64,000 bases of DNA from an uncultured Chloroflexia bacterium (GTDB taxonomy: Bacteria; Chloroflexota; Limnocylindria; Limnocylindrales; CSP1-4), in NCBI GenBank assembly GCA_963736545.1, contig CAVTPA010000001.1, positions 1,793,660 through 1,857,659 on the forward strand, given 5' to 3'. The translations under genes were made by a program, and so were the position numbers. Of this stretch, positions 57,159 through 64,000 are shown in pieces. The notes under the pieces are model-generated. The model saw nothing but the letters and a program-made list of their open reading frames with translations, was not told the DNA's origin and did not search any database. Each line of letters begins with the position of its first letter. The stretch's first letter is position 1.

Positions 57159-59517
57159 TCACTCGCGCATGAGCATCGCCTGCGCCTCGCGCTCCAGGTC
57201 CAGATAGGGCTCGCCGCTCACGTTGACGCGCACCTGCTTGATCACGCCGCCCGTGAAGCGATACGGCGACTCGCCGGGGTAGTCGTCCGTGACGGGGGCG
57301 CCGCTGTCCCGCCCGACACAGAGCCCTTCACCGGCGATCGCGAACTCCCCGGGCTGGGTCCTGATGCGACCCTCGCCCACCTTCTTGTCGTCATGGAACA
57401 GCGACAGGATGCCGGTGGCGACGCCGGGCGGGTTCTCGCCGTCCTTCTCGAATGTGGCTGCAAGGATCAGGTTCTCGCCGGTCGGGATGTCCTCGGTGGC
57501 GTCGATCTTCTGCTCCATCAGCCCCACGAAGCTGTAGACGTAGTGGAGCCTGTTGTCCTTGACGTAGAGGGCGTGCCCGCCGAAGCGCGCCCCGTGCGCG
57601 AACAGCACGCCCTCCGCGCCCGGCGCCGGGATGTCGACGAGCGCGCCGAGCGAGTAGGAGCGATTGCGGATGTTGACGGACTGCTTCTCCGGGACCTCGG
57701 CGACGTCCGGGTAGTAGACGTACTTCTCGCGCGGCGCCGCCAGCTGCGGCCGCTCCGTGAGCGCGATCTCGAGCAGGACGCGGTCGTCGAGCGGGAACGC
57801 CCCGTTCCGGCCGGCCTCCGCGTACCAGAGGTTCACGAGCTCGCGAACCTTCTCGGGCATCTCGGCCGCGAGATCGTGGAGCTCCGCCCGGTCGACGTCG
57901 GTGTGGTAGAGCTCCCACTGGTCGAGGTTGAACTCGCTCCAGCCGCTGAGCGGCGGATGGGTGGTGACGGCCTTCCACCCCTCGTGCCAGATGCCGCGCT
58001 GGCCGAGCATCGAGTAGAACTGCGTCTTCCGCGCCCCTTCCGCGGCGGCGTCGTCGAAGCTGTAGCGCATGCTGACGCCGTCGAAGTGGCTCTGGACGTG
58101 GCCCTTGATCGTCGCCGGGGGCTCGACGCCGAGGCAGTCGAGGATCGTCGGCACGATGTCGATCGCGTGGTGGTACTGCTCTCTGACCTGGCCTCTCGCC
58201 TTCATGCCCGCGGGCCACGAGACGACACACGGGTCTGCCGTGCCGCCGTTGAAGTTGTAGCGCTTCCACAGCTTGAACGGCGTGTTGAAGGCCATCGCCC
58301 AGCCGTTGGGGTAGTGGCCGTAGGTCTTCGTGCCGCCCAGCTCGTTCAGCATCGCCAGGTTGTTCTCGAGGTCGTCGGGGATGCCGTTGAAGAGCAGGCA
58401 CTCGTTCACCGACCCGACCGGGCCACCCTCGCCGCTGGCGCCGTTGTCGGACACGACGATGACGATGGTGTTCTCGCGCTGCCCGGTGTCGTCCAGGTAG
58501 TCGAGCAGCCTCCCGATGTGATGGTCCGCGTGCGCGAGGAAGCCGGCGTAGACCTCGGCCATCCGCGAGAAGAGCTGCTTCTCACCCTCCGACAGGGTGT
58601 CCCACGGCTTGGTCTCGTCGTACTGCGCGAACGGCTGGCCCTTCGGCCCCCGGTGCGTCGCCGGCGTGCCGATCGGGTTGACCGGCGGCAGCTCGGTGTC
58701 GGCCGGGACCAGGCCCATCTGCCGTCTGCCGGGCCAGCGTCTCCGCCCGCATCGCCTCGTAGCCGGCGTCGAAGCGGCCCTTGTAGCGCTCGATCCACTC
58801 CTTCGGGGCGTGGTGCGGCGCATGGCAGGCGCCCGGGGCGTAGTAGAGGAAGAACGGCTTGTCGGGGGCGATGACCTTGGCGTCCTTGATGAACTCGAGC
58901 GCCTTGTCGGTGATGTCGTCGGTGAAGTGGTAGCCCTCCTCCGGCGACTTCGGCTGGTCCACGGGGTGGTTGTCGTAGACAAGCTCCGGGTACCACTGGT
59001 TGGTCTCGGCGCCCAGGAACCCGTACCAGCGCTCGAAGCCGCGGCCACTCGGCCAGTTGCGTCGCGGCGCGGCGAGGTTCATCTCGTGGGTCGGGCAGAG
59101 ATGCCACTTGCCGACCATGTAGGTGTTCCAGCCCAGCTCGCCCAGGATCTCGGAGAGCATCCCGTTCTCCGGGGGGATCGTCCCGCTGGCGTTCGGGAAG
59201 CCGATGGCACCCTCGGTGATGCAGGCCATGCTGTTGCGGCTGTGGTTGCGCCCGGTCAGCAGGCAGGAGCGCGTCGGTGAGCAGAGGGCCGTCGTGTGCC
59301 ACTGCGAGTAGCGCACGCCCTCGGCGGCGATCCGGTCGATGTTCGGCGTCTCGATCGGCCCGCCGTAGCAGCTCATCGCCGAGAAGCCGACGTCGTCGAG
59401 GACGATGTACAGGACGTTTGGGGCGCCCTCGGGCGCCCTCCGCGTCTCGAACGGCGACCAGTCCGGAACCGAGTCCCGGACATCGACGTTGATGACGCCC
59501 TTGAACGGTTCGCCCAT
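57159..59517 (-). pseudogene. arylsulfatase (Cys-type, formylglycine-dependent) disrupted by a 7-bp tandem duplication
   Basis: The N-terminal part contains LYIVLDDVGFS and the FGly motif CSPTRSCLLTGRN. The C-terminal ~520 aa are in ORF 57159..59048. The frames meet at 58718-58731, where TCTGCCG is duplicated in tandem. Removing one copy restores ...ETLARQMGLVPADTELPP... Confidence 0.85.
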
Positions 59518-59847
59518 GCCCTTTCGCTCCTCCATGCTGTCTTCGTGCGCGTCGCAGGCCAGCGAGGCACCTGCAGGATCTCTACCTCTCGCCGTGGATC
59601 GCGCGCTGCCAGTAGCACTCCTCGAAGGATCCGAGCTCCTCGTGGTGCTCCACGACCTTGCCGTCGCGGAAACGGTCAAGGGCCGAAGCGTGCGTAGTCC
59701 TCGGGGCTGGCTGCCAGACGGGCTGGCTCGACGTGGGTGCGAACCGCGTGCATGTCCCTCTCCTTGGGCGGTTGCGACTACGGCCGTCCGCTTGGTGGCG
59801 GGTGCGGATTGACCCTGCCGACTGCTCCTCGTCACGAGCGCTTCGCG

Positions 59848-60768
59848 TCAGAACACGCTCGCGAAGTCCTCCTTCATGCTCACGACCGTCCAGCCGCGGC
59901 CGTCGGCCGCGGCCAATGCCTTCTCGGCGCCGTCGTCGTAGGCGAACTCGCGCTCGGCGTCGTCGTGATGGATCAGGAGCGCGAAACGGGCGCTCTCGAG
60001 CATCGCGACGTCACCGTCGGCATTGCCGCCCGCCAGCAGCGGCTTCCGTCCCGTGCGGGCCCAGATGTGGACGGGCTTGCCCGGTCCGTCGTCGATGGGC
60101 TGCTCGACGCCGGCCGTCCGATACAGGTCGCCGTCGCGGTACTCGAGCGTGGTGGCGGACCCGATCACGCGGTCCCGCGCAAGACCGTAGACCTGCTCGC
60201 AGACGGCGCGCACGAAGTCCCGGCCGCCGCCCGAGCAGATGTAGACCCGGAAGTCGTTGGCCCCGAGGAACTCGATCAGCTCGCGCATCGGCCGATAGGC
60301 CACCTGGGTGTAGGGCCGGCTCAGCGTCGGGTGGACGGCGGAGGCGAAGAAGTCGCGGGCCGCCGCGTCGAAGGCCTCGGTCGTGATGCCCCCGAAGGCC
60401 TCGGTGACCCCCTTGATCAGCTCCGGGACGTGCGCGTAGACGTCCATCAGCCACGCGCGGTCGCCCTCGACCACCGCCTTGTACGGCTGCTCGCCGGCGC
60501 GGCGGGGGTCCTCCCGCACCATCTCCACGAAACGGCGGAAGACGAAGTCAGCCTGGATGTAGAGGGGCTTCTCGCACCATAGCGTGCCGTCGTTGTCGAA
60601 GGTGACGATGCGGTCAGCCGGAGGGACGAACGTCTCTCCCGGTGCCGTCACCGAGCGCACGAAGTCCAGGATCGCGGCCTTGGCCGACCCGTCGTTCCAG
60701 CTCGGCAGCACCGCGGTGTCCCTGAAGGACCGCGCCACCTCCGCAGGTTCATCCTCGCGAGCACTCAT
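59848..60768 (-). CDS. HAD-superfamily hydrolase (HAD-IB / acid-phosphatase-like)
   Basis: 306 aa. Motif I VTFDNDGTLW, YICSGGGRDF, and motif IV GGNADGDVAML. Confidence 0.8.
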   Translation of the reverse strand: MSAREDEPAEVARSFRDTAVLPSWNDGSAKAAILDFVRSVTAPGETFVPPADRIVTFDNDGTLWCEKPLYIQADFVFRRFVEMVREDPRRAGEQPYKAVVEGDRAWLMDVYAHVPELIKGVTEAFGGITTEAFDAAARDFFASAVHPTLSRPYTQVAYRPMRELIEFLGANDFRVYICSGGGRDFVRAVCEQVYGLARDRVIGSATTLEYRDGDLYRTAGVEQPIDDGPGKPVHIWARTGRKPLLAGGNADGDVAMLESARFALLIHHDDAEREFAYDDGAEKALAAADGRGWTVVSMKEDFASVF

Positions 60769-60905
60769 GCCGCACCCCAGGTAGTGGAGTCGATGGCATC
60801 GAGTGGTCGGGCTCAGCGGGGACGCGTGTCGCAGCGCCGCGGCCAGCCAATGTACACGTCTGACTACAATACTCCTGCGGCGGCCACGCGCAAGAGGGAT
60901 TTCCC

Positions 60906-61541
60906 TTGGGAGGTTGGATGGACCAGGAACAGGAGCGGGGCCCGGCAGCGGAGCGAGGGAGACGCGACCGACGGTCCCGGGAGGACGTGAGCGAGGCCCT
61001 CATCGAAGCGGCGGCTGCGCTCGCCAGCGAACGTGGATCGGGCAACGTCACGGTGCGCGACATCGCGACGCGAGCCGACGTGAACGCCACCTTCGTGCAC
61101 CGCTACTTCGGCTCGAAGCACAACCTGATGCGGGCGGCGATGCAGCATGCCCAGGAACGCCTGGCCTCGCGGATCGAGGAGGTCCCGGACATCGTGGAGG
61201 GGGCCGCCGCCATCGTCCACGCCACGCTCCGGGAGCGCGAGCTCATCGCCACGCTGACCAGGGCCGCGCTGGACGGCGTGTTCGATGACATCCCCGCCGG
61301 CAACCCTGCCATGGCCATCCTCGTGGAGCGCTTCAGGGAGGAGGTGGCCGCCCGCGGCGGTCGTGGCCGTCACGACCCGAGCATCGTGGTTGCCTGCCTC
61401 TCCGCCGCCGCCGTCGGGTATGCGCTGCTCGGCGACTACATCCGCCATGGCGCGGGCCTGCAAGGCCACTCCGGCGACGAGGTCGAGGCCATGTTGGTCG
61501 ACGTCCTCCGCGACGTCGCGCGCCTGGCCTTCGACGAGTGA
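60906..61541 (+). CDS. TetR-family transcriptional regulator
   Basis: HTH NVTVRDIATRADVNATFVHRYFGSKHNL. An alternative start is ATG 60918. Confidence 0.85.
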   Translation: MGGWMDQEQERGPAAERGRRDRRSREDVSEALIEAAAALASERGSGNVTVRDIATRADVNATFVHRYFGSKHNLMRAAMQHAQERLASRIEEVPDIVEGAAAIVHATLRERELIATLTRAALDGVFDDIPAGNPAMAILVERFREEVAARGGRGRHDPSIVVACLSAAAVGYALLGDYIRHGAGLQGHSGDEVEAMLVDVLRDVARLAFDE

Positions 61542-61711
61542 CGTCGGCCCGCCGCCGCGCGTGGCGCGACCGGTGTTGGCGCTGCGCGCTCGACGTCCTC
61601 CGGGCGCGCCATCTCGTGCTTCGGTGAGCCTGGCCGCGGGCTCCCGGCGGGGCCTACCGGGCCGATGCGTGGATCGAGCCTTGTCGACCCGAGTAGAGTC
61701 AGGGACCTGCG

Positions 61712-63118
61712 ATGCGTTCCCTGCAGACTGACTACCTCGTGGTTGGCGCCGGCGCGATGGGCATGGCCTTCGCGGACGCCCTGATCGATCATGCGGACGT
61801 CCACGTCACGCTCGTTGACCGTCGGCATGCAGCCGGCGGACATTGGCAGGACGCGTATCCCTTCGTCCAGCTGCACCAGGCTTCGCTGTTCTACGGCGTC
61901 GCCTCGACCGTGCTCGGACGCGGCGCCGTGCAGCAGACCGGGCCGGAGGCGGGCCTCCAGGAGCGAGCCCGCCAGTCGGAGATCCTGGCCTACTACGACG
62001 ACATCCTCAATCGCCGGTTCGTCGGCACCGGGCGCGTGAACTTCCTCGGGGCGAGTGAGTATCACACTGACGGTTCGACCCATTGGGCGACGTCCCGGGT
62101 ATCCGGCGAGACCGTGCAGATCAAGGTCCGACGCCGGGTGGTCGACGCCACCTACCTGTCGCCGACCATCCCCGCCACGACGCGGCCGCCGTTCGGTGTG
62201 GCTGACGACGCCCATGTCGTTGCCATCAACGAGCTCGCAAGGTTGCAGTCCGCGCCGAAGAACTTCGTGATCGTCGGGTCGGGCAAGACCGCCACCGACG
62301 GGATCGTCTGGTTGCTGGCGAACGGCGTTCCGCCGGATCGCATCGTCTGGGTGCGGCCGCGTGAGCCCTGGATGCTCAATCGGGCCGTCGTCCAGCCCGA
62401 TCCGGTCGTCGGGCTGGGGCTTGCAGCTGACACGATGGCGGCCGCGGGCCACGCCACGTCGCTCGACGATCTCTTCCTGCGCCTCGAAGCCGCCGGCGTG
62501 ATGCTACGAATCGACACCGACGTCGTTCCCACGATGGCCAAGACACCGACGCTCGGCGCATGGGAGCTCGATCTGCTTCGCACCGTCGAGCAGGTGGTCC
62601 GCCTGGGCCGCATCCGGCATGTGTCCGGCCGCGAGATCCGGCTCGAGAACGGCTCGGTGCCGCTGGCACCGGGCTCCCTGATCGTGCACTGTGCCGCGTC
62701 GGGACTGCAGTACCCGCCGCTGGTTCCCGTCTGGGGGCCGGACAAGGTCCGCCTCCAGACGATCCGGACCGGGTTCCCGTGCTTCTGCGCGGCCCTGGCC
62801 GGCTACGTGGAGGCAACCCGCGACGACGACCGCGAGCGCAACCGGCTGTGTCCGCCCAATGCCCTCGCCGACAGCCCCGCGGACTGGGCACGAATGCAGG
62901 TTCGCGGAACGATCGCCGCCCGCACGTACGGCGCCGAGCCGGACGTCGCCGCATGGGCCAACGCCTGCGCCCTGAACCCGGCACGAATCGATCCATCACG
63001 GAGGGACGATCCCTCGGTGCAGGCCGCGGCTGCTCGGCTGGCGGGCGTCGCCGAGCACGGCCTCGCCCGGATGGCCGAGCTCGCCGGGGAGCCCCTGCCG
63101 CGCGGCCAGGCGTCGTGA
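61712..63118 (+). CDS. FAD/NAD(P)-binding oxidoreductase
   Basis: 468 aa. N-terminal dinucleotide fold DYLVVGAGAMGMAFAD, and a second GxGxxA/T, VIVGSGKTATDG. Confidence 0.75.
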   Translation: MRSLQTDYLVVGAGAMGMAFADALIDHADVHVTLVDRRHAAGGHWQDAYPFVQLHQASLFYGVASTVLGRGAVQQTGPEAGLQERARQSEILAYYDDILNRRFVGTGRVNFLGASEYHTDGSTHWATSRVSGETVQIKVRRRVVDATYLSPTIPATTRPPFGVADDAHVVAINELARLQSAPKNFVIVGSGKTATDGIVWLLANGVPPDRIVWVRPREPWMLNRAVVQPDPVVGLGLAADTMAAAGHATSLDDLFLRLEAAGVMLRIDTDVVPTMAKTPTLGAWELDLLRTVEQVVRLGRIRHVSGREIRLENGSVPLAPGSLIVHCAASGLQYPPLVPVWGPDKVRLQTIRTGFPCFCAALAGYVEATRDDDRERNRLCPPNALADSPADWARMQVRGTIAARTYGAEPDVAAWANACALNPARIDPSRRDDPSVQAAAARLAGVAEHGLARMAELAGEPLPRGQAS

Positions 63119-63386
63119 GGGCCTGTGTCGCCCACGTGACCCACCCGCCGGTCACGGAGCCGTGGGCCGCTGGACACGTCGTGACGTCGACCGCGAGGGC
63201 GGCGACGGAGGGGCACGCCACACGGCCACGCCGTATACCGCGGCCGTCAGCGTGACGCGACCACGCCCAACACGGCGGTGAGCACGGCGCCGACCTTCGC
63301 GACGTCCGCGAACGTGTAGCCGCCAGGCTGGGGTCAGCCAGGCGTCGATCGTCGTCTGCGGCGCCTCTCAGCAGGCCGTGGGTCGG

Positions 63387-64000
63387 TCAGGGTGTCACGA
63401 TGGCGAAGCCCGGGTCGGGCTGGTCGAGCACGGCCATGAGCCGCGCGAGCACCGCCGGATCCCCCTCCATGGCCACGCCGTCCATGCTGCCGGCGAGCGA
63501 TGCCCGCCAGGGCCGCGCGGGGCAGCCGGAGCACGACGTCCGTGCCATCGACAGCAGCGCGTCGGTGGACGAGGACGCCGTTGCGCAGGTCCAGGCGGTA
63601 GGCCTCATCGGCATCGGTGAGCTCGATGCCGATCGAGAGCGCCTCGTCCCAGGCCCGGGGGCCGTCGCACGCGGATCGCGATGGCGTCGAAGATCTGCTC
63701 CGGCGCGAGGGCCAGCAGCAGGTCCGGGGAGGACGATGGCCGGCGTCCCGAACGACCCGTGCCGGAGCTCCGTGGCGCCCGCGAGGAAGGCGTTGCGCCA
63801 CGGCCCGTTCTCGGCCCCGAAGGCGAGCTGCTCGAGGGTCCGCGCCTGGAGCTCCCGGGCCTCGGCGTGTCCGGGGTCGGCGAAGATCGCCCGGTCGAGC
63901 AGCTCGGCCGCCCAGCGCAGGTCGCGGTCCTCGAACGCGGCTCGAGCGTGGGCGACGACGGCGTCGATGCCGCCCATCGCGGCGACGTACCGCTTCGCCT
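63387..64000 (-). pseudogene. alkyl/aryl-sulfatase (SdsA1/BDS1-type) C-terminal part, 5' end off-window, frameshifted
   Basis: The dimerisation-domain pattern (DLRWAAELLDRAIFADPGHAEARELQARTLEQLAFGAENGPWRNAFLAGATELRHG) and the SCP2-like tail (GDPAVLARLMAVLDQPDPGFAIVTP*) share a frame. The intervening SCP2 segment (ALSIGIELTDADEAYRLDLRNGVLVH) lies in a different frame (ORF 63334..63801). Confidence 0.65.

Noticed and set aside
59582-59760. Short minus-strand reading frame resembling the C-terminus of a SnoaL/NTF2-like protein (LDRFRDGKVVEHHEELGSFEECYWQRAIHGER*)
   Set aside because: It is only ~35-60 aa long, has no in-frame start with an SD, and needs a frameshift to extend. At best it is a remnant, with too little evidence to annotate.

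Overview
Very GC-rich, actinobacterial-style chromosomal DNA, so most long ORFs in the six-frame track are spurious antisense or off-frame reads. Calls rest on recognisable protein motifs and on start/stop coupling between neighbouring genes.

Left flank (1-10.5 kb): a lipoprotein with its 5' end off-window, the cytochrome bd operon cydA-cydB-cydD-cydC, a HypA-like gene lacking the zinc-finger module, an ACT-domain gene, an orphan membrane protein carrying an LQRxxGN-type N-terminal motif, a repeat-rich 480-bp spacer, and a 4HBT thioesterase.

Centre (10,564-43,159): bounded by a perfect 42-bp direct repeat made of the 5' half of tRNA-Arg(TCG), with a tyrosine integrase about 100 bp from the intact tRNA (43,122-43,197). 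I read this as a ~32.6-kb integrative metabolic island. It has no phage or conjugation genes. Its cargo:
- PfkB kinase and a class I aldolase
- a decayed trio: corrinoid protein, FucI-like isomerase, URO-D family gene
- LacI regulator with a sugar ABC transporter
- Gfo/Idh/MocA oxidoreductase, TIM-barrel isomerase, Zn-ADH, M24-like protein
- two intact URO-D/MtaA-family paralogs
- a lower-GC two-SDR cassette bracketed by 144-bp direct repeats
- a long minus-strand block: UxaC-like, RpiR, split transketolase, GmhA-like SIS, E1 alpha/beta, a stand-alone lipoyl domain, a RuBisCO-like protein (form IV), a DUF2090 aldolase-fold protein and an atypical PfkA kinase

Right flank (43.2-64 kb): a ROK-like protein with its halves in swapped order, a large LuxR-family ATPase regulator, DUF4386, an MDR oxidoreductase, a RelE/Phd toxin-antitoxin pair, an internally deleted MttB remnant, a large secreted Ig-domain protein, TetR regulators, an alpha/beta hydrolase, a methyltransferase, an arylsulfatase broken by a 7-bp tandem duplication, a HAD hydrolase, a flavoprotein, and a partial alkylsulfatase.

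Many genes carry frameshifts. Some are clearly real mutations and others could be assembly indels. The most novel-looking candidates are the RLP / DUF2090 / PfkA module and the adjacent transketolase / E1 / free lipoyl-carrier module on the island.
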